A stretch of DNA of 64,000 nucleotides from Rebecca billardiae RCC1528 (lineage: Eukaryota; Protista; Haptophyta). Shown in pieces: positions 54,609-64,000 of this stretch. The position numbers were made by a program, and so were the translations under genes. Location: contig OZ251224.1 of the NCBI GenBank assembly GCA_965240325.2, positions 372,001-436,000 on the forward strand. The letters are read 5' to 3'. Each line of letters begins with the position of its first letter. Within the stretch, counting starts at the first letter, position 1. The notes below the pieces were generated by a model. The model had not been told where the DNA came from. It saw only the letters and a list, made by a program, of their open reading frames with translations, and did no database searches.

Positions 54609-55685
54609 CTAGATGCGGCCCACCGCCGCCGGCCAGCCGTCGCCGGACAGCCCCACCGCGTGGGCCCCCGCGAGGTGATCGGGCGATGCGCAAATGGCAC
54701 ACCGCGGCGCGTGGAACTCGTCGAACTCGCCGGGGCCAAACGCCGTGCCGCCGCGGCCGATCGGGCATGACGCGACGGTGCAGCGCTCGCCAGTGAGCTG
54801 GAAGCGCTGGCAGGCGCGCGCCGCGTTCGCTTGCGCCTTGGTGAGCAGCGGTGCGCCCCCCGCGCCCACAAACTTCTGCAGCGACGGCGGGACGTAGTGG
54901 TCAGGCCGCGCGGTGCGCGGCGCAAAGCCCCCACCGCCGCCGGGCGGGAGCGCCCCGCCCCCGCCCCCCGCCGCTTCGAGCGCCGCGCCGCCGGCCCCAC
55001 CCAGCTCGGCGGGTGCGAGGCGAGGCCGCTGCAACGCCGCCCCCGCGTCGCGATCGCCCGCCGGCGCCGACCGCTTCAGCATAGGAGCGGCCGCGACCGC
55101 GGCGTTGGCCGCGCGCAGCGACGCCGACACCGCTTGCGCCGCCGTCAGCTCGGCGTTGAGCGCGCGCGCCTCGGCCGACGCGCTGTCGCGCAGGAAGAGG
55201 ATCGATGACGCGCGGCCCGAGCGCCGCTCCTCCGCCGCGGCGGCAACGAACGATTTGTTCACCACCGAGAGGAGGGACTCGGCGGGCATCAGGCCGCGCA
55301 GCTGCTCGAGCCACGACGAGAACTCGAGCGCCTCGGCCCGCATGGCCGGCGACCAATGAGAGGCTGGGGAGGGGTCATCTGGCGAGGCGGCCGGGACAAA
55401 CGTCGTCGTGAGGCAGCCCAGCAGCGCCTCGAGGGACTGGAAGGGCTGATCCTTCGGCTGCACCCCGCCGAGGAGACGCCCCCCGCGAGAGAACTCGCGA
55501 GCGAAGCGCTCCCCCAGGCCTGGAAATGCCTGGACCATATCGCGCAGGTTGTAGCTCGTGCAGAGCTGGCCAGACGAGTCGCGCACCACGAGCGCGCGGG
55601 GCGCGTCACGCGCCGGGTCCGCGACCACCCGGCGCGCCGGGCCGGCCCCCGACGACGCCCCCGCCTGCTCCGTCATCGCCTGCAT
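54609..55685 (-). CDS. Gag-like ORF1 with C-terminal zinc fingers
   Basis: CQRFQLTGERCTVASC...H followed by CAICASPDHLAGAH. First ATG at 55685, but the frame is open without an ATG back to about 56020. Confidence 0.75.
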   Translation of the reverse strand: MQAMTEQAGASSGAGPARRVVADPARDAPRALVVRDSSGQLCTSYNLRDMVQAFPGLGERFAREFSRGGRLLGGVQPKDQPFQSLEALLGCLTTTFVPAASPDDPSPASHWSPAMRAEALEFSSWLEQLRGLMPAESLLSVVNKSFVAAAAEERRSGRASSILFLRDSASAEARALNAELTAAQAVSASLRAANAAVAAAPMLKRSAPAGDRDAGAALQRPRLAPAELGGAGGAALEAAGGGGGALPPGGGGGFAPRTARPDHYVPPSLQKFVGAGGAPLLTKAQANAARACQRFQLTGERCTVASCPIGRGGTAFGPGEFDEFHAPRCAICASPDHLAGAHAVGLSGDGWPAAVGRI

Positions 55686-56812
55686 GAGCGCCGCCACCGA
55701 CTGGGCCGAGAACCCGAGCCCGGCGGCGTGAGCGGGCGGCGCGGCGGTAGAGGCAGGGCCAGCAGCGCCCCCCGTCGCGCGGTCGGCCGCCGCCGCCGCC
55801 GTCCCCGCCGGTAGCGCGGTAAGGCCGGGGGCGAGAGCGTGCGCCGCGAGGCCCGCAAGCAGCGACGACGGCGCGGCCGCCGCCGCCGCGCCCGCCGCGT
55901 CCAGCGCGACCGAAACCCCGGGAGCAGCAGAAGCAGCCGCGAAATCAGTAGCGACGCCACCTCCCGCACCCGAGGAGGAATAAGCCGACGGCCCGCTCGC
56001 AGCCGACGAGGGTTGCGCCCGCCCTTAGCCGAGGTCGCCACCGAGCGGGATACGGTCGGTCGACCGAAGGCGAAGTGCTGCTGAACAGCTGGGGCTATCA
56101 GCCCAGGCCCAGCCCCGCCTCTGGCTGCCGAAGAGCCGGGCCGGCCGCGGCACCGCATCGGGCTCGGCGGCGCTCAGAGGTAGAATCTACCGGTTCGGTA
56201 CAGGCGGGTCCGGCTGCCCGTATATTGCCCGCCCAGGAATCATACCGCTTTGCTTGGCGCGCACCCGACGCCCGGAGCTTGCTGCCCGCCCAGGCACGGT
56301 CCGGTCAGCCGCCCTAGCAGGTCAGCAGCGGTTAGCAGCATTGAGGAGCAGACGATCATGGCGGCGGGCTGGCCCAGTTATACCCCTATAACCGAACGGT
56401 TATAGAACAACGTTTCATCGCTCGTCACTCCGTAGCTCAGACGACTACTGTTGAGACTGAAATTCCCGCCCCCCCCGTCGCGCAGACGACTACTGTTGAG
56501 ACTGATTCCCGGCCACCCCGTCGCGCGGCCTGCCGCCGCAGGCGCAAGGTCGTGCGCACATGGTCCTAGCAGCATGAGGCAGAGGCGTCTTTCCGGGCCT
56601 CCGCAGGATCAGGATGCCGCCCGGATCGCCGTCCTGTCGTCGTGATGGCGCGCGAACGTCCGCAAGATGATGGCCCCATCCACGTCGCCGCGTCGCGTGA
56701 TCGTTTGTGCGAGCGCACGAGGTGACCAGTCCAGCAGCCAGGCCCAGAGGTGAGAGGCGTGCAGCGCGCTCACGTGCGCGCCGCTAGGCAGCCAGCAGCG
56801 GGGCTGCGCGGC

Positions 56813-59582
56813 CTAGTTGACAATCTGGAAGCGGAAGCGCGAGGCACCGATGGCGAGCACGTCGCCGTCGCGCAGCACGGCGCTCTCCTTGGCGCTGAGC
56901 TGCCAGTCGTTGACCGCGGTGCCGTACGTGCTGCCGTCGTCACACGCGTGCAGCTTGCCGCCCTTCGACTCGATGCGCATATGCCGGCGCGAGATCTGCC
57001 GGCCGGGCGGCGGAGAGGGCGCGGCGGTGCTGGCGCGTGAGGGCGCGGCGGCGCGCGAGGGACGGCGCGCGCGCGCGCGCGAGGCACGACGCGCGCGCTC
57101 ACCTGATCGTCCAGGTTGAGCACAACATCGCACGCGGACGATCGGCCGATCAGCACGCTCGAGCTGCCGGCGGGCAGCCGAAAGACGGGCAGCGAGGTCG
57201 ATCCCAGGTACGGCCCGTCGAGCGGGACGAGCCGGCCAGAGCCGCCCGCGACGGGCGGCACGGCCGATGCGGCCGCCACCGGCGGTGCCGCCGCCGTGTG
57301 TGGCCGGCTGGGCCCCGCGTTGGCCGCGTGCCCGGGCACGCGTGGCAGCGAGGGCGAGTCCTTCCACTCGCCAGAGCCGCCGCGCCTGCGGGGGCGGGAG
57401 GGGCCGGCGCGCGGGGGCGGCGTGAGGCGGCGGCGGCGCACACCGCGCGCGGGCCGCATGCACCGCGCGCACCGGTGTCTCTTCTGCAGCTCGGGCCGGC
57501 CGAACACTTCGCCCAGGTCGCAGGTGAGCTGGCGCGTGAGCGGGAAGAAGACCTCATCCGGGTCTGAGCTCTGCGCACGCGCACGCACGCACACGCACGC
57601 GCACGCACGCACGCACGCACGCACGCACACACGGGGGCGGAGGGAGGGCGCACAGGGGGACGGAGGCGGTGAGCGGGGCGAGCGGGTGCGCGCGCGCACG
57701 GCGCCCGCGCCGCGCCCGCGCCGCGCCCGCGCCGCGCCCGGCCGAGCGCGCGCGCTGCGTGCCTGCTGCCTGTGGAGCGCCGCCTCGAGCAGCGCGGGCT
57801 CGAGCCACGGCGCGTGCCGGTCGCAGTGGGCGTCGAGGTTCGTGGCCTTCTCGACCGCGCGCGCGGTCGCGGCCGGCTGCTCTGCCGTCGGCGGCTTGGA
57901 GGCGTGCGCCGCGGCGGCGTGGTTCGACGGGCCGAGAGGGTTCGCGCCCTTGCCCGCGCCACCGCCGCCCGACGGCGGAGCGGGCGCCGCGAGCTTTGCG
58001 GCGGGCCGCGGGTCGGCGCGCGCCACCTGCGGAGGGTTGGGCGGCGCCGAGGCCTCCGGCTGGTCGTGCTTCTTCATGATCTCTTCGAAGCGCTGCTTCA
58101 TGCGCTGCAGCTCGTGCACGTCGAAGCCGAGGCCGCCCGCGCCGCCGCCCGCGCCGCCGCCCGCGCCAGTGTTGGTCGCCGTGGCCGCCGTGGCCGTCGA
58201 CGTCACCGTCGATGTGGCCGAGCTACTGCCCGCGCCCGCGCCCGCACTCGCGCCCGAAGTGGCGTCGGCCGCGGCGCGCAGCGACGACGGCGGCTCGGGC
58301 TGCGGCTTGGGCAGGCTCGCTACTTCGGCGGCCGCGGCCTCCTTGGCGGCGATGGCGGTGGCGAGCTTGCTCGCACTCAGCTCCAACGCCGCGCCGCCGC
58401 GCTTGGACGCGGACGCGGGCGCGGGCGCGAGCGCCTGCGGCGGCGGGTGCGCCGCCGCGGCCGGCAGCGGCCGTGCGACCGGCGCGGCGCTCACGCCCAT
58501 CACCGCGGCGTTGTCCGCCGCGGCACGCGCCGCGGCGGCCTCCACCGCCTCGCGCGCCTCGAGCCCGTCCAGCTGCACGCGCACGCCCGCCAGCGCCTCG
58601 AGCGCGCCGCCCAGCCTCGCGTCGATGCTCTCGGCCAGCCCGCGCGCCTGCGCCTCATAGAACGCCTTCACAAAGTGCGCTGGCTCGGCGTATGCGGCCT
58701 CGTCCGCGTCGAGCGCGGCGGCGCGCTCCATCTGCTCGTCGACGGCGACGAAGGGCACGGCGAGCGGGCCGTCCGCCTGCACGCGCTTCAGCAGCGAGCA
58801 CAGCAGCTTGTTGCCCTCGGCGAGCTGGGCGGAGCGGCCCGCGAGCCGGACGCGGCCTGCCTCTGCCGTGCGCTGCTGCTGCTCCAGCTGCGCGCGCGCG
58901 CGCTCCAAGCGCTGGTTCTCGGCCTCGGCGGCGCGCAGCGCCAGCCGGGCCTGCTCCTCGCGCTGCTTCGCCTCGAGCAGCTCGGCTGCCGCCCACGGGC
59001 GCAGCGCATCGCGGCGCGGGCGAGGGGGCGGCCGCAATCGTCAGCGCAGGACGCGCGCGCGCATCGCGCATGTGCGGGCGGCGCACACCTCCCAGCCGGG
59101 CCTGCACCTCGGCCGCGGCCGCGCTGTCAAGCGGTGGTGGCGGTGGCTGCGGCATGTGCAGCTCCACCTCCACGGCGCGTGGCTCAGGCTCCTGCGTGCG
59201 TGCCAGGACGCGCGCGGCAGGGCGGATGCAGGGTGGTGTCGTGAGGGCGCAGCGCCGCCGCGCCGGCTCGGCAGCTCGGGTGCGCGTCACCTCGCACCCA
59301 CGCGCGATGCGCCCTGTCGCCCGACAGGGCGCGCGCATGAACGATGCGCCGTACCGATGGCCCAGCCGGCGCCGACGCCCCCGCACCACCCGCAGGCAGC
59401 GGCGCGGCCGACGAGCTCGCAGCCCCGGCCGCCGCTGCCTGCGGCACGTCCACGTCGGCGAACCTGTCAGTCGAGGGCGGCGCGCTCACGTCGATGTCGC
59501 TGTAGTCGAGTACGCGCGCGACAGGTCGCTTCGTAGAGCTCAGGCGCGGCGAGTTGCCCGCGAGCGTGCCCAAGGGCCGCAT
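56813..59582 (-). CDS. Multi-exon coiled-coil protein with an INCENP IN-box-like motif and a C-terminal FHA domain
   Basis: FHA: IGRSSACDVVL..ISRRH..DDGSTYGTAVN..LRDGDVLAIG. Spliced IN-box-like segment. The 5' exons are less certain. Confidence 0.75.
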
Positions 59583-59795
59583 CGCGCTGCCCGCACAAAC
59601 CAACCGCCCTGCTGCCGGGCAATTCAAACACGTCGAACGTGGGAGCTCGCGCAGCTCCGCCGCCGTCGAGTCCCGCTAAACCACCCGAGACCTCCCGGAC
59701 CGGCCCTTTCAAAACGGCAGCAGCGGAACTTTCCCGACTCTCCAACTCTCCAACGTAGCCGGGCGAGGGGGGGCACTCGCGCACAGCAAACGGCA

Positions 59796-61840
59796 ATGGC
59801 TGGCCACGCCGCGAGCGCCCGCGCGCTGCCGGCGGACACGATCCGCCAGACGCTCGCGCCGCACGTCCTGCCCGGGCTGCTGCGGCTGCTGCAGCTCGGC
59901 CGGATTCTCGTCCACGCCCTCCGCGAGCGCATCCGCCGCCGTCCCCTCCTCGCCCTGCTCGCGTCGCACGCGGCCAGCGGCGCGCTGCTCGCGGCGCTCG
60001 TGCGCGCCGTGTCGCGCACGCGGCCGCGACTCGAGCTCGCGTCGGTCGGCCGCGCCGCCAGCGCCCTTCGCGTGGGCACGGCCCCCTCCCCGCCCGCCGG
60101 CGGCCCCGCGGCCAAGCGCGTCAAGCCCAAGATGCGCGCCAAGATCGAGAAGATGGTCGTGCACAAGGGCGGCGCCGAGCCCACGCGCGCGCTGCCGGCG
60201 CGCGGCGCGGCGGACGCGGATGTGCTCGGGCGCCTCGCGCGCTGGTCGGCGGAGGAGCGCACGTGGCGCGACGGCCGGCTCTCGGGCACCGTGTACGGCG
60301 GCGACGAGCGCGTCACCGAGCTCGCGGCGGGCGCGATGCGCGCGTACGCACACGCCAACCCGCTGCGGCCCGACGCGTTCCCGTCCGTGCGCCGGATGGA
60401 GGCGGAGGTGGTGTCGATGGTGAACGGCTGCTTCAACGGGCCGGAGGAGGCGTGCGGGACGATGGCGTCCGGCGGCACCGAGGCCATCCTCCTCGCGTGC
60501 AAGGCCTACCGCGACCACGCGCGCGCGACGCGCGGCGTGACCGAGCCGAGCATCGTGCTGCCGTGCAGCGCGCACGCCGCCTTCCTCAAGGCGGCGCACG
60601 TGCTGCGCATGCGCTGCGTGCGCGTGCCCGTCGACCGCGAGACGTTCCGCGCGGACGTGGGCGCGATGGCCCGCGCGATCGACGACTCCACCGTGCTGCT
60701 CGTCGGCTCCGCGCCGTGCTACCCGCAGGGCGTCGTCGACCCGATCGTGGAGCTGGCCGTGCTCGCGCGGGAGCACGGCGTCGGGCTGCACGTGGACTGC
60801 GCGCTCGGCTCGCTGCTCGTCGCGCTGATGCCGCGCATGGGGCGGGCGCTGCCGCCGTGCGACTTCCAGGTGGAAGGGGTCACCTCGATCTCGTGCGGGC
60901 TGCACACGTACGGCTTCGCGCCGCAGGGCTGCGCGGTGGCGCTCTACTCGAACGAAGAGCTGCGGTGTGCAAGCGCGAGCGCGAGCGCGAGCGCGAGCGC
61001 GACACGGCTGGCGCGCGCACCGCGCGCCTGCGGCCTGGGCGGGCGCGCGCGCGCGCGCGCGGCGGGGCGCGCGCGGCCGAGCGCGCGGGTATGGGCTCAT
61101 GCGCGCGCGCCCCTCCGCACCGCGCGCGCCCGCGCGCGCCCGCGTGCGCCCCCGCTCGGCGCAGCCACCACCAGTACTTTGTCGCGTCCGATTGGGCGGG
61201 CGGCATCTATGCCACGCCGACGCTCGCGGGCAGCCGCTCGGGCGCGCTCGTCGCGGGCGCGTGGGCGGTGTTGGTCGGCATGGGCGAGGACGGGTACACG
61301 CGCGCGTTCGAGCAGATCCTGCACGCGGCGGGCACGATCGCGCGCGGCGTCGAGGGCGTGCGCGGCCTGCGCCTCCTCGGCCGCCCGGACGCGTCGGTCG
61401 TGTGCTTTGGCGCCGCCTCCTCCAAGGGCGACCGGCACGTGGACATGTTCGCGCTCGGTGAGGCGATGGGGGCGAAGGGGTGGGCGCTGGGCGCGCTGCA
61501 GCACCCGCCCGCGCTGCACGTGTGCGTCGGCCTCGCGCACGCCGCGGAGGGCGTCGCCGAGCGCTTCGTCGCGGACCTCCGCACCGTCGTCGACAGCGTC
61601 GAGACCGCGCCACCATCCGAGCTGAGCGCCGGCCGGCTCGCGGGCGGCGCGCTGCACGCCAGCCGCGCGGGCGTCCACGCTGAGCGCGACCCGGTGCCCG
61701 AGGACGCGGAGCTCGCCGCGGAGCTGGCGTGCTGCTTTGTGGACGCGCTGTACAAGGTGAGCAAGCCCGCGCCACCGAGCTCGCCGGCGGAGCCCGAGCC
61801 CAGCGCCATGGCTGTGGACTCCGCTGAGGACAAGCCCTGA
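59796..61840 (+). CDS. Sphingosine-1-phosphate lyase-like protein (group II PLP fold) lacking the catalytic Lys, 2 exons (intron 60965-61164)
   Basis: GRLSGTVY, NPLRPDAFPSVRRMEAEVV, SGGTEAILLACKAYRD, GSAPCYPQGVVDPI and DWAGGIYATPTLAGSRSG. Confidence 0.88.
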
Positions 61841-62754
61841 GGCCTGGGGCCGAGTGCGCCATCGCGCGGCTCGGCCGGGCAGCGGAGTCGCGTCTGCTGA
61901 GCCCACTGCGCCTTGCTGATGATCACGCTCCCGGGTGCCGCGTAACGGGCAACGGTAACGGCACCCGAGAGCACTGGGCCACTGCAGCACTCGGCCAGTC
62001 TGGGGCGCAGCCGCGCGCAGACGACTGCCGCAGGGAGTGGGACCCGCGGTCCGGTCTAACGCGCCCGGTGCCGTCTGCCGAGTGCCGACCGAGGGCCGCC
62101 GCCCGGGGCCGCCGCCGGCCCTGACTGGCTGACTCCTACTGACGAGGCAAATGCTGCCCCCGCGGGCTAAAAGAACAATAACAACAACCGCGCGCCCGTC
62201 GTCAGAAGGCTTCATCCCGAGTTAGATCTCACGGCCTAGTCGTCACATTGACATCAGTACTATACGCTCGATGACGATCTATAATAATAGCGGTATAGGC
62301 GGACTACTAGTAGTTGGCGAGCCGGCGGCGTGTCGGCCTGTCACCTCAAGCTACCACTGAGACCAGGGCTACGCCTACTACGCCTGATTGATCACGGCAC
62401 GGAATGTGCCACGGCAGTCAGCATGCAGCGCGCGGACTAATTCTATGATTTAAAGACACAGGCACGAGGGCGCAGCTCTCCTGATTCGTCTGTCGAAGAG
62501 TACTGAATGGAGTTAATGGAGGATGTCGGAGCGCGTTGGCCGCGGGTGAGGGAGTCGTCGTAACCGATGCTGATCACACGGTCACTGAGGTAGTAGGCGC
62601 CCGGGGATGCCGCTGTTTTGCAGTCGTCGTCGGCCTTGGTCATCATGTAGTTGCCCGTGTCGTCGTCGTCCGAGGCTGTTCAAGTTGATGCCGTAGTGCA
62701 GGTAGTGGATGTGGTCGCCCGGGCCGGTGTGCGCGGCCTAGTGGCCTTGCCGAG

Positions 62755-62879
62755 TTGAGGGAGTAGTCGCCCTTGCCGTTGAGGAAGTCGTCGTCCTTGC
62801 CGTTGAGGAAGTCGTCGCCCTGGCCGCAGAGGAAGTCGTCGCCCTTGCCGTTGAGGAAGTCGTCGTCCTGGCCGCTGAG
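62755..62879. repeat. 24-bp minisatellite, about 5 copies
   Basis: GTTGAGGAAGTCGTCG(C/T)CCTTGCC repeated. Confidence 0.9.
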
Positions 62880-62933
62880 GGTGCCTGCGCTGCCCAACCG
62901 GGCGCGTCTGGCGCGCCAGCGCCGCGCGCGGCT

Positions 62934-64000
62934 CTACGCCAGCGACTGCGGCGCGGCGGCAGCCAGGTCACGGGGGGGGTCGCCGAGGGACGCGGTGCGA
63001 GCCTGCTTGGCCGGCTTGGCGTCGCTCCCGCCAGCGGAGGAGGGCCCATCCTCCTCCGCCGGCGTGGACGGCTCGGTCGCCGCGCGCTTGCCGGCTGCCG
63101 CGGCGCCGGGGGGCAGGACCAGGCGGTAGTTGGACTCCCCGAGCGCCGGCCTGGCCTGTTGCACCTCGGGCCCGTCCGACGGCGCGGCCGCGGTTGGTGG
63201 CTGGGGTGGCGGGATGGCATCGTCCGAACCCTCCCCCTCGGGCTCCTCCGCCTCCGGGCCGGCGGGGTCCGCCGCCTGTTGGTCGGCCGGCTGAGGAGCA
63301 GGGCGGCGCGCAGCGGCGGGCGGCGCGGGCGGCACAGGCGGCGCGGGCGGCACGCCCCACAGGTTGTGTGGGACGCGGGCGGCGCCGGCGATGCGGCGGC
63401 TCGGCTTGAGCGGCGCGAAGAAGATGGGGTGCTCGGGGTCGATGGGCATGAAACGCAGGCGGAGGAAGATCAGGTTCACACCGCCGGAGTAGATGTTGGT
63501 CTCGACGTGCTCACCGTTGGTCACGTACTTGTTGATGTCGGGCACGATCTGCTCGTAGAGGGCCCTGTGAAACTGCACGAGCGTCATCGTGGGGCTAACC
63601 GGGAGCGTGAGGGACACGTCCTTCGCCTGGGTTGCGAGGTCGGCCGCCGACAGCGCGAGCATCTCCTGCGTGAGCTCCGTGGTGCACGCCGTGAGAATGT
63701 TCGGCATGCACAGGCTGGTGGCCAGGCGGCGGCAGATGGTCATGTTCTCGAGCACCGAGCCGGTGAAGGAGAAAACGTGCTTATTGCCTTTGGGGTCCTG
63801 GGTGAGTCCTGAGAGCAGTCGCCCGCCTTGCGAGTTGGGCGCCACGTCGCTCAGGCAGCGCGCGCTCAGCTTGATCATCGTCGTGCACATCTGCTGGCCC
63901 GCATCCCGCCTGGCGGTGGGGGTGCTCGGCCGTTCCACCTGCAGCCCGCGCTCGAAGTTGTTGGAAGAGGGGAAGAAGCTCAAGGCGCTCCTGCTGTTGA
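62934..64000 (-). CDS. Hypothetical protein, 5' partial (possibly transposon-derived)
   Basis: Frame open from the window edge to the stop at 62934; globular-looking region followed by a Pro/Ala/Glu-rich tail; no family recognised. Confidence 0.55.
   Translation of the reverse strand, partial: NSRSALSFFPSSNNFERGLQVERPSTPTARRDAGQQMCTTMIKLSARCLSDVAPNSQGGRLLSGLTQDPKGNKHVFSFTGSVLENMTICRRLATSLCMPNILTACTTELTQEMLALSAADLATQAKDVSLTLPVSPTMTLVQFHRALYEQIVPDINKYVTNGEHVETNIYSGGVNLIFLRLRFMPIDPEHPIFFAPLKPSRRIAGAARVPHNLWGVPPAPPVPPAPPAAARRPAPQPADQQAADPAGPEAEEPEGEGSDDAIPPPQPPTAAAPSDGPEVQQARPALGESNYRLVLPPGAAAAGKRAATEPSTPAEEDGPSSAGGSDAKPAKQARTASLGDPPRDLAAAAPQSLA

Larger units (their letters stand above)
50842..56378 (-). 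mobile_element. Tyrosine-recombinase (DIRS-order) retrotransposon, apparently complete
   Basis: gag, RT/RNaseH and YR ORFs in order on the minus strand; bounded by TATA|ACTGGGACCAGGCCCGCC and GGCGGGCTGGCCCAGT|TATA. Confidence 0.88.

Noticed and set aside
62755-62879. RTX calcium-binding repeats
   Set aside because: The period is 8 rather than 9 residues, and the frame has no ATG and lies after the main ORF's stop.
1-64000. tRNA, rRNA or prokaryotic operon features
   Set aside because: None was recognisable; spliceosomal introns and gene content show the DNA is eukaryotic.

Overview
This is very GC-rich, gene-dense eukaryotic nuclear DNA. Short (GC)n-rich introns (GTGCGC...CGCAG, at least one GC donor) and signal-plus-transit plastid targeting suggest an alga with a secondary red plastid, probably a haptophyte such as a Pavlovales member (inference). 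About 20 host genes are recognisable, often in tight head-to-head pairs: an EF-hand/MAPK fusion, PTC7 phosphatase, ClpS, a DUF1499 lumen protein, an ALMT-like channel, CCDC130/YJU2B, an HDAC-family protein, NPHP4, an MFS transporter, a glutamate-receptor-like channel, an ABHD hydrolase, an INCENP IN-box plus FHA protein, and an S1P-lyase homolog lacking its PLP lysine. The most striking content is mobile DNA. (1) An apparently complete 5.5 kb tyrosine-recombinase (DIRS-like) retrotransposon (50842-56378) has only short terminal inverted repeats, a TATA duplication, gag and pol in one frame separated by a single TAG, and an array of about 8 palindromic hairpins between RT/RNaseH and the recombinase. 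(2) Three members of one non-autonomous rolling-circle-like (Helitron2/Helentron-like) family share ends but carry unrelated interiors. (3) One of those has a higher-order tandem array, (798+438+438)x2, that repeatedly copies its own end together with the 3' end of NPHP4. (4) There are several MITEs, one of them strongly CpG-depleted. All calls were made by eye; no database searches were run.
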